Origin: Fibrobacteria bacterium
GTDB taxonomy: Bacteria; Fibrobacterota; Fibrobacteria; UBA11236
Reading direction: 5' to 3'
Assembly (NCBI GenBank): GCA_035275285.1
Contig: DATENA010000247.1
Span: 241 to 64,240 of the forward strand
DNA length: 64,000 nt
The number at the start of each line of letters is the position of its first letter. Positions within the stretch are counted from its first letter, which is position 1. Positions 34,948 through 44,995 of the stretch are shown here, in pieces. Both the position numbers and the translations under genes were made by a program. Below the pieces are notes generated by a model. It saw only the letters and a program-made list of their open reading frames with translations. It did no database searches and was not told the origin of the DNA.

Positions 34948-36861
34948 TCATCCCAATCCCGCCAAGAGCTTCTCCGCTTCCTTGCGCTCCTCGAACGGCA
35001 GCTTGGTGCCCAGGGCCGAGTCCAGGTACTTGCGCGCCTCTTCCTTGTTCCCCTCATGCGCCAGGATGTACGCCCAATGGTATTGGAAGGCGGGGAAATC
35101 CGGCACCAGGTCCAGGGCGTTGCGGATATAGGTTCTGCCCTCGTCGTACTTCCCGTTCATGGCCAATATCCAGCCTATCGTATCCAGGATGCGCGGATCA
35201 AGGTTTTTTGCCGCCCTCAGCCGGTCCAGGTAGGGAGCGGCCTTTTCCAGGTTTGCCTGGTTGATGCCGTACTCCCAGGCCATGTTGTTCAGGACCACGG
35301 TGTTCCCGGGATTGAGAGCCAATTCCTTTTCGTAATACCGGAACGCCCTGGCCCGGTCCTTCTTGATCCAGTGATCCGCGAGCATCACGTTGATGCCTTG
35401 CAGCTTCGGGTATTCCGCGGTGAGCTTCTCCGCCAGGGCCACGGCCTTTTCCGCCTGCCCGGAACTGGAAAGGAGTTGCAGCATGGCCGCCTTGTGGGTC
35501 AGGGAGGGATTCTCCAGGGTCGCCAGGACTTTGGCGGCCTCGGCGGCGGATCCCACGCTGGAAAGCTGGGAGACGTACATCTCCACCGCCATCGGGCTCC
35601 GCGGCCAGCGTTTGTAGAGCTCCGCCACCGCCTGGTACACCCAGTAATCCTGGTGATTGACGCCGTAATAGGAGATGAGGGCCCATTGGCCGATGAACTC
35701 CTTGTCCGGCACCAACTGGGCCTTGAACGCATTCAGGGATTGCCGCAGGCTGTCGGGCTGCTGTTGGATGAACGCCACCGCCTTGTTTTCCTGGTCGATG
35801 GCCAGATAGGCCGCGACCAAGGGGGCCATCAGGGCCGGGCGCTTGTCCGTGATCTGGATGGCCTTCAGGGCTTCCAGGGCCCGGGCGGGATTCCGGTTCT
35901 TCATGTGCAGGTAGAAGACCATGTTTTCCGCGCCCAGGCGGGCTGCCGGCGAGATTTCCCCCATGGCTTGGTACACGGCGATGGCGGAATCGTAGAAACC
36001 GCCTTTGACGTGGACGATGGCGAGCTCGGAAAGGGCGGGGAGATTGGCCTCCTTGCTCTCGCGGTAGGGCGCCAAGGCGGCCTTGGCCTCCTCCAGTTTG
36101 TTGCTTATCGAATACAGGCGGGCTTTGCGGATCTCCAAGGCCTGCAATTGTTCCGGATCCGATTCCTTCCAGGCGTCCAGCGTCGATTGGGCGGAATCGA
36201 CTTTGCGCTCCTTCAGGTAGCTGTCCACCATCAGCAGGCGCGCGCGATTGTTCTTGGGGTTTTTCTCCAGGACCCGCGCCAGGAATTGCCGGCTTTCCGC
36301 GGACCGCCCTTGCTTGAGCAGCACTTCCGCGAGGGGCAGGAGCGCCAGCGCCGAATCCGGGTACCTGGAGTACAGGTAGCGCAATTGCTCCTCGGCGAGA
36401 TCGAGGCGCCCTTGCTTGGCGCGCACGCTGGTGAGGAGCAAGCGCGCGGGGAAATACCACGGGTCCTTCTCCAGCACTCCGTTGATGGCGTTGAAGGCGG
36501 TTTCCGTTTCGCCCAGTTGGAAAGCGAGCTGGGCCAGGATAATCCGGCCTTCCTTGATTTCCGGATGCGCCTGCGCGAACATGCGGCTGTTGTTCAGGGC
36601 TTCGGCCGGATTCTTGTCCTGCAGGTTCATCCGGTTGGTCAGGTTCAGGACCTCGAGCGATGCATAGGGCGTGAACGTGCCGGTGGCTCCGTAGGCCGCC
36701 TCGTACTCCAGGCGGGCGGCGGTGAGGTTGTTCTCCTTGGTGTAGAGGCGCGCCTTGGTGACGTGCTTGGCGAAACGCTTTTCAGGGAGGTTTTGCCAGA
36801 CCAAAAAGGCAACCGCTGCCAGGACGGGAACGGCTGACAGGGAGAGCAGCATTTTTTTCAT
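34948..36861 (-). CDS. prsT: PEP-CTERM system TPR-repeat protein PrsT
   Basis: 637 aa. Signal peptide MKKMLLSLSAVPVLAAVAFLV, followed by TPR repeats throughout. It lies immediately upstream of the exosortase on the same strand. Confidence 0.8.
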   Translation of the reverse strand: MKKMLLSLSAVPVLAAVAFLVWQNLPEKRFAKHVTKARLYTKENNLTAARLEYEAAYGATGTFTPYASLEVLNLTNRMNLQDKNPAEALNNSRMFAQAHPEIKEGRIILAQLAFQLGETETAFNAINGVLEKDPWYFPARLLLTSVRAKQGRLDLAEEQLRYLYSRYPDSALALLPLAEVLLKQGRSAESRQFLARVLEKNPKNNRARLLMVDSYLKERKVDSAQSTLDAWKESDPEQLQALEIRKARLYSISNKLEEAKAALAPYRESKEANLPALSELAIVHVKGGFYDSAIAVYQAMGEISPAARLGAENMVFYLHMKNRNPARALEALKAIQITDKRPALMAPLVAAYLAIDQENKAVAFIQQQPDSLRQSLNAFKAQLVPDKEFIGQWALISYYGVNHQDYWVYQAVAELYKRWPRSPMAVEMYVSQLSSVGSAAEAAKVLATLENPSLTHKAAMLQLLSSSGQAEKAVALAEKLTAEYPKLQGINVMLADHWIKKDRARAFRYYEKELALNPGNTVVLNNMAWEYGINQANLEKAAPYLDRLRAAKNLDPRILDTIGWILAMNGKYDEGRTYIRNALDLVPDFPAFQYHWAYILAHEGNKEEARKYLDSALGTKLPFEERKEAEKLLAGLG

Positions 36862-36962
36862 GGTCGCACGCGTGGGTTGGATGGTATGTTATGGGTCACG
36901 CCCTGTGGAGGGGAGCGGAATTTCAGGTTCTGAAAATTAATATTTATCTTTGGCTATTGTAA

Positions 36963-39449
36963 ATGAACCCCAATACCCCCTCATCCAATGATTTTCAAGT
37001 GGGGGACATGGAGGAATTGGCCCCCGGCCCCCGCAAGATACCCGCTCTCGCCAGCTTGTTCCACGTCCTGTGGCTGAGGAAATGGGTGGCGTTCGCCGCC
37101 TGGTTGGCGGTGTCGGTGCCCGTGGGAATAGCGCTCTCCATCTTCAACCTGCCCAAGTCCTATTCCGCCACCACGGTCCTGCGTTTCCCGGAAGTCATCG
37201 GCGCGCAGACGAACGTGATGCGCGACGTGGCCATCACCCAGGGCCAGAGCATCATCAGCATCCTGAACAGCTTCCAGGTGCTGGACGGGGCCATACGCAA
37301 GCTCGGGCTGCGGATGCGCATCACCACTCCGGATCTTTTCCAGCGCGACGTCTTCAGGGAGATCAAATACGGGGAAAGCCTCGGGACCGGCGACTACGCC
37401 GTCACCCTGGAAAAAGGAGGCTCGGCCGCTTCCATCACCTATCTGCCCACCGGAGGGTCGGCCGAGTACAAGATTTACGAGGGTCCGGTCCAGGGCGGAC
37501 GCGTGACGATGCCGGGCCTGGAAATGGAATTCGCCCCCGCTTTCCTGTCCGGCACGCGGGGCAACCGCGTGGAGCTCAGCCTCAACGCTTTCGACGCCAC
37601 CTTCCGCGATTTGAAAAAGAGCATGGCGTCACGGCCCCTGGGCGGCGGGAACTTCGAAATCCGCCTCAAGGACCGGGATCCGTGGATGGTTGCCGAGATC
37701 CTCACCACCCTGCAGTCCCAGTTCCTGGACGTCTACTATGGAACCACCGAGGTCCAGGACGTGGGCATCCTGGTGCAGATGGAGAAGGATCTGGAGCTGG
37801 CCAAGGACAGGCTGGAGAAGAGCCAGGACGAGCTTTCCCGCTATTACGCCGATCACCCGGAGCTTTCGAGCCAGGCGTCCACGCAAGGGGACAATTTCTC
37901 TTACCTGGATTCGCGGCAACAGATCGAAAACCTGCAGCAGAGGAAGAAGCGCGTGCAGGCCTCCTATGCCGCCAAGGAAGAGGGCGCCGCGCCGGAAAAG
38001 AAGTTCTTCTGGGCCATGGAGCTGCTGGCGGCCATGGCGGAGGCGGGGGAGGCCAAGGCCAACATCCTGCGCCAGAGCCTGCAGGAGCTCAACCTCCGCC
38101 AATTGGGCTATGAACGGACCCTGGGCCCCGACCATCCCAGGATCCGCGAGGTGGAAACCGAGAAAGAGGGCACCTATAAGCAGATCGAGGAGACGGAAGC
38201 GGCGTTGCTGCGCCGCATGGAGCAGGACCTGGGCGATTTGAAGGTGCGCATGGCCAGCAGCGTGCCCCGCGGCAACGTGCGGCCGCCGGTAAAGGTGCAG
38301 CTGGAGCTGGAACGCCTCAACAACGTCAACAAGAACAGCCAGAACATCTACGATCGCCTGCTGGAAAGCTACAACCGCGCCAAGCTCGTCACCGGGTCCG
38401 AGTTCTTCAAGGTGTCGGTGGTGGATCCGGCCCGCCCGGCCATCTATGCGCCGCCCTCGCGCAAGACCCGTCTCCTGATCGCGGCGACGGCCGTGCTGGT
38501 GCTGCTGATGGTGGTTCCCGGCCTGGTGCTCCTCTGGCCCTTGGTCTTCATCCGCATCTGGACCAAGGACGACGTACGCCGGCTCCTCAATCTGAAGACC
38601 CTGGGAGTGATCGCGTTCCGCAAGACCGGCAATCCGTCCGGACGCGGATTCGGCCGGAGGAAAAAGAAGCGGGCCGAGGCGGAATCCGGCGGGGACCGCA
38701 AATCCGGCGTGGATCCCATGCTGATCGTCTACGGGGAAAGTTCGCTTCTGGAGGACGTGGAAGCGTTCCGCATCGTCCGGGAGGAGATCGAAAACTCCTT
38801 CCGCAATCCCGCCGCCCCCGGCAAGTACTGCCTGATGCTCACCTCCTCGCGCCCGCATGAAGGCAAATCCACCTGCGCGGCCAACCTGGCGGTGACGTTC
38901 GCCCGCAAGGGCAAGCGCACCCTGCTGGTGGACGCGGATTTCCGCCTGGGCCGCGCGGCCAAGATTTTCAACCTGAGCGTTTCCACCGGCATCGATTCCA
39001 TCCTGGAGCAATCGGACATCGGCGCGGAGCAGTTCCTGGAATCGGCCTCCCTGATCTTCCAGCCCACCCTGCAAAGGAACCTGGTCGTCGCGCCCCGCAA
39101 GTCCCCCACGCCCAACGCCAGCGAGCTGGTCAGCTCGGACCGGTTCAAGGCCTTCCTGGCCATGGCGCGGGAACAGTTCGAGGTCGTCATCATCGATACG
39201 CCTCCCGTGATGATCACTCCGGAGCCTTTGTCCCTTGCGGAGCTCGCCGACGGCGTGATCTTCGTCTGCCGCTCGGGCCTTACGGGCGCCTCGGAGGCGA
39301 GGGAAGCCATCGAGATCCTGGGGGAGCGCAACAAGAAAGTGGCCGCGCTCCTGAACGGGGCCATGGTTTCCCCTTTCGAGGAGAACCGTTACAAGAAGTA
39401 TTCCTACTATTATCAGGTGCAACCCGCGCCGGAAGCGGAAGCCGGCTAG
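36963..39449 (+). CDS. polysaccharide chain-length determinant / BY-family tyrosine autokinase fusion (Wzc-like, PEP-CTERM locus type)
   Basis: Wzz-like N-terminus with two TM helices and coiled coils. C-terminal kinase with Walker A RPHEGKST, Walker A' LLVDADFR, Walker B VVIIDTPP, and the Tyr cluster YKKYSYYYQ at the end. Confidence 0.85.
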   Translation: MNPNTPSSNDFQVGDMEELAPGPRKIPALASLFHVLWLRKWVAFAAWLAVSVPVGIALSIFNLPKSYSATTVLRFPEVIGAQTNVMRDVAITQGQSIISILNSFQVLDGAIRKLGLRMRITTPDLFQRDVFREIKYGESLGTGDYAVTLEKGGSAASITYLPTGGSAEYKIYEGPVQGGRVTMPGLEMEFAPAFLSGTRGNRVELSLNAFDATFRDLKKSMASRPLGGGNFEIRLKDRDPWMVAEILTTLQSQFLDVYYGTTEVQDVGILVQMEKDLELAKDRLEKSQDELSRYYADHPELSSQASTQGDNFSYLDSRQQIENLQQRKKRVQASYAAKEEGAAPEKKFFWAMELLAAMAEAGEAKANILRQSLQELNLRQLGYERTLGPDHPRIREVETEKEGTYKQIEETEAALLRRMEQDLGDLKVRMASSVPRGNVRPPVKVQLELERLNNVNKNSQNIYDRLLESYNRAKLVTGSEFFKVSVVDPARPAIYAPPSRKTRLLIAATAVLVLLMVVPGLVLLWPLVFIRIWTKDDVRRLLNLKTLGVIAFRKTGNPSGRGFGRRKKKRAEAESGGDRKSGVDPMLIVYGESSLLEDVEAFRIVREEIENSFRNPAAPGKYCLMLTSSRPHEGKSTCAANLAVTFARKGKRTLLVDADFRLGRAAKIFNLSVSTGIDSILEQSDIGAEQFLESASLIFQPTLQRNLVVAPRKSPTPNASELVSSDRFKAFLAMAREQFEVVIIDTPPVMITPEPLSLAELADGVIFVCRSGLTGASEAREAIEILGERNKKVAALLNGAMVSPFEENRYKKYSYYYQVQPAPEAEAG

Positions 39450-39455
39450 CCCGCG

Positions 39456-41630
39456 ATGCTGATCCTGGGTTTCCTCCTGGTCGGCACCGTTTGCGACCTG
39501 GTGTTGGGGTTCCTGGTCCTTTTCAAATCCTACCGCAAGCCCCTCCGCCTGGTCCTGCTCGCCCTGAGCGGGCTGTTCGTGGCCCACCTATGGATCGCGT
39601 ACGCCTCGGTTTTCGCCCGCTCGCCGATGGAATGGTACCGGTACCAGCGCATCCTGCAGGCCTTGGGCCTGCTGATCTCCCTGCTGACCCTGGAACTGAC
39701 CCGGCATTTCCTGCGGGGCGAGGAGACGGAAACCGACCTGAGCTGGACCTGGGGGCGCTGGCGCGTGTCCATGTTCTTCCTGGCCGCCCTGGGCACCATC
39801 CTGGGGGAACTCGTCCTGTGGCTTCCCGGTTACCTGGCGCCGGCCGAGTCCGCCGCCAGCCCGTCCCTGATCTTCAAGGGGGCGGCGCTCCTGATCCCCG
39901 CCCTGCGGGTCCTGGTGGCCATCTACGTCCTCTACCTGCTGGAGAGCACCTACCGCTTCGCCAAGGATTACCAGCGGCGCATCGCGAGGCTCTGTTTCAT
40001 CGGGCTGGGGAGCCTCGCCATCTTCCACATCGTGTACTACTCGCGCGTCCTGCTCTACCGGGCCCTCCCCGATCATTTCTCCGAGGCCTCATCGGTGGTC
40101 TACGGCGTGCTGTATCCCGTGATCCTGGCGGGCTTCCTCCGCTACCGCCTGGGGTCCGAGCGCATTTCCATCCCGCGGGACACCTTGTACACCTCCGCCA
40201 CCGTGTTCCTGACCGGCGCGGCCTTCCTGGGGGTGGCGCTGACCATCTTCGTGTTCCGCTGGCTGCGGATGGATTTCACCTATTTCGAGAACTTCCTGAT
40301 CGGCTTCACCTTGTGCCTGCTGGCGGTGCTGGTGCTGGGTTCGGGGACCATGCGGCGGCGCATCAGCCGGTTCATCAACCAGCAGTTCTACTCGCGGAAG
40401 TACGATTACCAGGAGCAATTCTTCCGCCTGCACAAGACGGCCACCTCCGGCGCCGACGTGGACGGGGCCCTGACCGAACTGGTCGAGAACATGAAGTACT
40501 CGTTCAACGTGGACGACGCCTATTTCTTCATCCTCAACTGGCAGGACGGCAATTTCTACCAGCATGAGAACAAGGAGGAATCCACCCGCCGGGGCCTGGT
40601 GGTGAGCGGGGACAGCCCGCTTGCGCGCATGCTGGCGCGGGAAGGAGGTTCCGTGGACCTGATGGCCGACGACGACGAGGGCCGCGCGCGGCGCCAGGCC
40701 GTGCGCGAGGAGCCCCTGGTGACCCTGCTGCGCTTCGACGGGGTCTTCCCCATCTTCATCGGCGAGCGGCTGGCCGGCATCCTGGCCCTGCGGGGCGGGC
40801 GCATGGAGCCGTTCGACGAGGAGGACATGGCCCTGATCGCCGTGTTCACCAATTCCATCGGGGACGTGATTTTCAAGAACCGGGTGCTCAAGGAGCGGAT
40901 CGAGCAGAAGCAATTCGAATCCTTCCACCACGTGGCGTCCTTCATCATCCACGACATCAAGAACCAGATCGCCACCCTGAGCCTGCTCCTCAAGAACGCG
41001 GAGAAGAACCTGGGGAACCCCTCCTTCCAGACCAGCATGCTCACCTCCGTGAAAAGCTGCGCCGGGAACCTGCAAAGCCTCATCAACCGCTTGTCGGTGG
41101 CGCCCAAGAGCGAGGCGCTGGCGCTGGCCCCCCATCCCCTGCGGCCCCTGCTGGACGAAGTGGTTTCCAATTCCGGGCTGGCCGCCCTGGCGGGCATCGC
41201 GTTCGAACTGCGGGGGCAGGATCACGAGGCGGTGCCCATGGACCGCCAGGCCCTGTTCTTCGTGGTCCGCAACCTGGTGAACAACGCCCTGGAAGCGATG
41301 CCCGGCGGCGGCCGCCTGGCCCTATCCCATGGGCCCCTGGGGGGCAATGCCCCGGCGCGCCTGCGCGAGCTGTTCGGCGGCGGAGAGCGCTTCTTCGCGA
41401 GCTATGGCGCCTACATCCTGGTGGAAGACACCGGCTCGGGCATGGACCGGGAGTTCGTGCAAAGGCGCTTGTTCCAACCCTTCGCCACCACCAAGGAAAA
41501 AGGCGTGGGCATCGGACTGTACCAATGCAAGACCCTGGTGGAGAAGATGGGCGGGAGGATCCTGTGCCATTCGGAACTGGGAAAGGGGACGGAGTTCTGC
41601 ATTTTGCTGCCGGCGGAGGGAGGGGGATAA
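39456..41630 (+). CDS. prsK: PEP-CTERM system sensor histidine kinase PrsK
   Basis: Multi-TM N-terminal half. H-box HDIKNQIATL. HATPase G-boxes DTGSGMD and GVGIGL. The start is 7 nt after the Wzc stop. Confidence 0.8.
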   Translation: MLILGFLLVGTVCDLVLGFLVLFKSYRKPLRLVLLALSGLFVAHLWIAYASVFARSPMEWYRYQRILQALGLLISLLTLELTRHFLRGEETETDLSWTWGRWRVSMFFLAALGTILGELVLWLPGYLAPAESAASPSLIFKGAALLIPALRVLVAIYVLYLLESTYRFAKDYQRRIARLCFIGLGSLAIFHIVYYSRVLLYRALPDHFSEASSVVYGVLYPVILAGFLRYRLGSERISIPRDTLYTSATVFLTGAAFLGVALTIFVFRWLRMDFTYFENFLIGFTLCLLAVLVLGSGTMRRRISRFINQQFYSRKYDYQEQFFRLHKTATSGADVDGALTELVENMKYSFNVDDAYFFILNWQDGNFYQHENKEESTRRGLVVSGDSPLARMLAREGGSVDLMADDDEGRARRQAVREEPLVTLLRFDGVFPIFIGERLAGILALRGGRMEPFDEEDMALIAVFTNSIGDVIFKNRVLKERIEQKQFESFHHVASFIIHDIKNQIATLSLLLKNAEKNLGNPSFQTSMLTSVKSCAGNLQSLINRLSVAPKSEALALAPHPLRPLLDEVVSNSGLAALAGIAFELRGQDHEAVPMDRQALFFVVRNLVNNALEAMPGGGRLALSHGPLGGNAPARLRELFGGGERFFASYGAYILVEDTGSGMDREFVQRRLFQPFATTKEKGVGIGLYQCKTLVEKMGGRILCHSELGKGTEFCILLPAEGGG

Positions 41631-41750
41631 GAGATGTTGCCCGAAGCGCCCCGTGGCGTCAAATCACGCTTGGGCCTGTCCCGCAGCTCTTGTCCGCATG
41701 ATTATCTTTAGAATCTCCGTACGGGCGGGTTCAGCAAGGATAAGGCGTTC

Positions 41751-43121
41751 ATGGTCAAACTGCTGTTGGTGGAAGATAACCTGGGCCTGCGGGAGCAGAT
41801 GAAATGGGCCCTGAACGCCGACTACGAGGTGCTGGAGGCCGAGACCTTGGAGGGCTGCCTGGACGCCCAACGCAAGCAGCGGCCCGGGGTCATCTGCCTG
41901 GACATGGGCCTGGAGAACAAGCCCGAGCGCGGCCTGGAAATCATCGATGCCGTGCTGGGTCAGGACCGCCTGGCCAAAATCATCGTCATCACCTCCAACA
42001 TGAGCCCGGACCTGGGCCGGCGCGCGGTGGAGCGCGGGGCTTTCGATTTCCTGCAGAAGCCGGTGGACATCGACCTGCTCAAGGTCATCCTCGAGCGCGC
42101 CCGGCGGATGATGTCGTTCGAGAAGCCCGCGGCGGAGAATGCCACCGTGGGGCTGCCCAGCGAGGCCGACAACCTGATGATCGGCCGGAGCGAGGCGATG
42201 CGGAAGATCTTCGAGCATATCCGCAAGCTCGCCAAGACCGGCGTGAACGTCTTGCTGACGGGCGAAAGCGGCACCGGCAAGGAATTGTGCGCGCGCGCCA
42301 TCCATTACCACAGCATGCGGCGGAACGAGATCTTCGTGCCCATCAACTGCGGATCGATCCCGGCCAGCCTGATGGAGTCCGAGCTGTTCGGCTACGTGAA
42401 GGGCGCCTTCACGGGCGCCAATACGGACAAGATGGGCCTCATCGAATCCGCCCACAAGGGGACCCTGTTCCTGGACGAAATCGGCGACATGCCCATGGCG
42501 TTGCAGGTCAAGCTGCTGCGCTTCCTCCAGGACCAGAAGCTCCAGCGCGTGGGCGAGACCACCTTCCGCGCCCTCGACGTCCGCATCATCGCGGCCACCA
42601 ACAAGACCAACCTGGCGGAAAAAAACAACACCGCCATGCGCACCGATCTCTACTACCGCCTGAGCGAATTCGAGATCAACCTGCCCCCCTTGCGGGACCG
42701 CAAGGACGATATCCCCCTCATCGCGGCCGCCATCATCGAGGCCAACCGGGCGAAGTTCAACCAGCCCCGGCTCAAGCTCAGCAAGCGGGCGGAGCAGATG
42801 CTGCAGAACTACAGTTGGCCGGGCAACGTGCGCGAGCTGGAGAACAAGCTCAACCGCGCGTCCATCACCTGCGCCGGCCAGATCATCGAGGCCGAGGATC
42901 TGCAGCTCTCGGAGACCTCCTTCACCGTGCTCTCCTACCGGGAGGCGCGCCAGATGTTCGACCGCAACTTCATCCTCAACGCCCTGAAGCAGGCCAAGGG
43001 CAACATCAGCCTGGCCGCCAAGGTCACGGGCCTGACCCGGCCCACCCTGTACGACATGATGAAGAAGAACGGCATCACCGTGCAGATGGAGGCCAAGATG
43101 GAAGAGAAGGGCCCGGACTGA
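41751..43121 (+). CDS. prsR: sigma-54-dependent response regulator PrsR (receiver + AAA+ sigma-54 activator + HTH)
   Basis: Receiver LLVEDN...CLDMGL. AAA+ motifs GESGTGKE and GAFTGA (the sigma-54 contact). C-terminal Fis-type HTH. Confidence 0.9.
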   Translation: MVKLLLVEDNLGLREQMKWALNADYEVLEAETLEGCLDAQRKQRPGVICLDMGLENKPERGLEIIDAVLGQDRLAKIIVITSNMSPDLGRRAVERGAFDFLQKPVDIDLLKVILERARRMMSFEKPAAENATVGLPSEADNLMIGRSEAMRKIFEHIRKLAKTGVNVLLTGESGTGKELCARAIHYHSMRRNEIFVPINCGSIPASLMESELFGYVKGAFTGANTDKMGLIESAHKGTLFLDEIGDMPMALQVKLLRFLQDQKLQRVGETTFRALDVRIIAATNKTNLAEKNNTAMRTDLYYRLSEFEINLPPLRDRKDDIPLIAAAIIEANRAKFNQPRLKLSKRAEQMLQNYSWPGNVRELENKLNRASITCAGQIIEAEDLQLSETSFTVLSYREARQMFDRNFILNALKQAKGNISLAAKVTGLTRPTLYDMMKKNGITVQMEAKMEEKGPD

Positions 43122-43123
43122 CC

Positions 43124-43513
43124 ATGGCCCAGGTCAAAATCTACGGCCTGCGCGAGTCCCTCGCCGCCACCCGGGCGCAATGGTCCGGCCTCATCCATGC
43201 CGCTCTGGTCGAGACCCTGGGTCTCCCCGAGGACAAGAAGTTCCAGCGCTTCATTCCCCTGGACCCCGGCGATTTCATCCATCCCGCGGATCGCACGGAC
43301 GCTTATACCATCGTGGAGATCAGCCTGTTCGAGGGGCGCTCCCCCGGAGCCATCAAGAGCCTGTTGAAAAGGATCATGGCGGACGCGCAAACGGCGCTGG
43401 GCCTCTCCGCCCACGATATCGAGATCACGGTATTCGAATCGCCGCGCCATTGCTGGGGCATCCGCGGCAAGACCGGGGATGAATTGGCGCTGGCCTACAA
43501 GGTGGACGTCTAG
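43124..43513 (+). CDS. tautomerase-family (Tautomerase_2/PptA-like) small protein; no Pro at position 2
   Basis: 129 aa, MAQVKIYGLRESL...YTIVEISLFEGRS...HDIEITVFESPRHCWGIRG. The start is 3 nt after the prsR stop. Family call is from memory. Confidence 0.5.
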   Translation: MAQVKIYGLRESLAATRAQWSGLIHAALVETLGLPEDKKFQRFIPLDPGDFIHPADRTDAYTIVEISLFEGRSPGAIKSLLKRIMADAQTALGLSAHDIEITVFESPRHCWGIRGKTGDELALAYKVDV

Positions 43514-43517
43514 TACT

Positions 43518-43680
43518 AGTGCTGTGACACCCCAATTGCGGGACGAAGGCGGCGAGGGATGGGGGTTCAGGGCAAGGCGTCGCCGACGCAGGAATAGCAG
43601 CGCTATTCCAAGGAGGCGCAACGCAGCCCTGAACCCCCAGACCCGGCGAAAGCGGCCCGCAATTGGGGTGTCACAGCACT
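43518..43680. repeat. 163-bp nested inverted-repeat element (25-bp perfect terminal arms AGTGCTGTGACACCCCAATTGCGGG, 13-bp inner arms, central 8-bp hairpin)
   Basis: The right arm is the exact reverse complement of the left arm. The inner arms gggggttcagggc/gccctgaaccccc and the central ggaatagc-agc-gctattcc hairpin are nested within it. The element precisely fills the gap between two convergent genes. Confidence 0.7.
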
Positions 43681-44935
43681 AGGTCGGGAACAACGAGGGC
43701 CGCCGGAGCGCGGGCCGCACCCCCGTCCAATCGCGGGCCGGTTCCGGCGCCTGGCCTTTCCGCAGCGCGCCATGCTCTTCCAGGATCCCCGCCAGGCAAT
43801 CCAGGAAGGCGTCCTCCCTGCCCATCAGTTCCGCCGTTACCGGAAGGGTGAGGATCTCTTCCGCCACGCGGCGCGCCCCGGGGAAATCCGCTTCCCCGCC
43901 GATCCCTTCCGGAGCGCCGGGAAGCCCGGGCAGTATCTCCGGATACATGCGCGTCACCCCTCCGAAGCGCGCGTTGGCGCCGCGGTACAGGCCTTCGCGC
44001 AAAGTCCGGTCCCGCACCAGCACGGGAAAACGCGTGGGCAAGCCCGCCGCCGCGGACGCGGGGCCGGAAACGGCTTCCCGGTCGCAGGCTCGCAACAGGT
44101 CGCGGTACCCGCCGATCAGCTTCCGGTAGAAATCCCGCCTTTGCAGGTAGGCCTCCAGGCAGGCGGAACCGGGGGAAGGGAACCCCGGGGACATGGCTTC
44201 GAGGGCGAGCGGCGCGTTCCAGACCGTGGCGCCGATGCCCAGGAAAGGCAAACGGGTCAGGGCCCAGAACAGGCGCGGTTGCGAGAGCAGGTTGATGGCC
44301 AGGGCCTTGGGCAGGATGCGCTCATGGCTTACGGGCAAAGCGGCCAGGGCGGAACGGCAGGCGTCCAGGCGGGGACCGGGTCCGGGCAGGCACAAGGCGC
44401 CGCCATGGCCGGCGTTGAGCGCCTTGCCGCGGCCGAAGCTGTAAAAACAGGGGGCATCGTCCTCCGGATCGTGGCGGTGGTCGAAATCCTGGGCGCAATC
44501 GCGCAGAAAGGCCGTATCACCCCACTCGCCCGCGGGCCTGGGCTGCGGCACGGCGAAGAAATGCACCAGCAGCACCGCCAGCAAACCGTGCGCGCGGGCC
44601 CCTTCCAGCGATGCGGCATCATAGGCCAGCGTGCCGGGATCGAGATCCACCAGCACCGGCCGCAGCCCGGCCTGGATCACGGCTTGCGGCACGGAGGGGC
44701 AGCACCAGGCGGGCACGGCGACGGCTTTGAGGCGCGGCCGCAGGGCCGCGAGCCCGCGCAAGGCCACGTACAGAGCCGCGGCGCCGGAGGCGGTGAACAG
44801 GATGCGATCGGCGGCGTAGCCGCTATGGGCCGCGAAGGCGCCGGGAAAATCCTCCCCGCCCGCTTCCAGGAGAAAGGAGGCGGGGACCGCGTTGCCGCTG
44901 GGGGGAAGCGCGAAGCAGGTCATGTAGGGAAACAA
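43679..44935 (-). CDS. DegT/DnrJ/EryC1/StrS-like PLP-dependent aminotransferase-fold protein (second paralog)
   Basis: ASGAAALYVAL...FYSFGRGKALNAGHGGAL segment with a Lys. The alternative start MTCFA is 4 codons in. Confidence 0.5.
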   Translation of the reverse strand: MFPYMTCFALPPSGNAVPASFLLEAGGEDFPGAFAAHSGYAADRILFTASGAAALYVALRGLAALRPRLKAVAVPAWCCPSVPQAVIQAGLRPVLVDLDPGTLAYDAASLEGARAHGLLAVLLVHFFAVPQPRPAGEWGDTAFLRDCAQDFDHRHDPEDDAPCFYSFGRGKALNAGHGGALCLPGPGPRLDACRSALAALPVSHERILPKALAINLLSQPRLFWALTRLPFLGIGATVWNAPLALEAMSPGFPSPGSACLEAYLQRRDFYRKLIGGYRDLLRACDREAVSGPASAAAGLPTRFPVLVRDRTLREGLYRGANARFGGVTRMYPEILPGLPGAPEGIGGEADFPGARRVAEEILTLPVTAELMGREDAFLDCLAGILEEHGALRKGQAPEPARDWTGVRPALRRPSLFPT

Positions 44936-44995
44936 AGCTTTGGGGGCGGGCGAAACAAATGCCGCGGATCCGGCGGAAAACCGGGGGAGGGCGAA

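Noticed and set aside
35056-36837. 593-aa plus-strand ORF opposite prsT
   Set aside because: Antisense to a clear TPR protein. Low-complexity, His/Gly/Arg-rich translation.
36862-36962. Sigma-54 or sigma70 promoter in the divergent prsT / wzc leader
   Set aside because: The region is AT-rich, but I could not find a convincing TGGCAC-N5-TTGC or TTGACA-17-TATAAT match. It is left unannotated.
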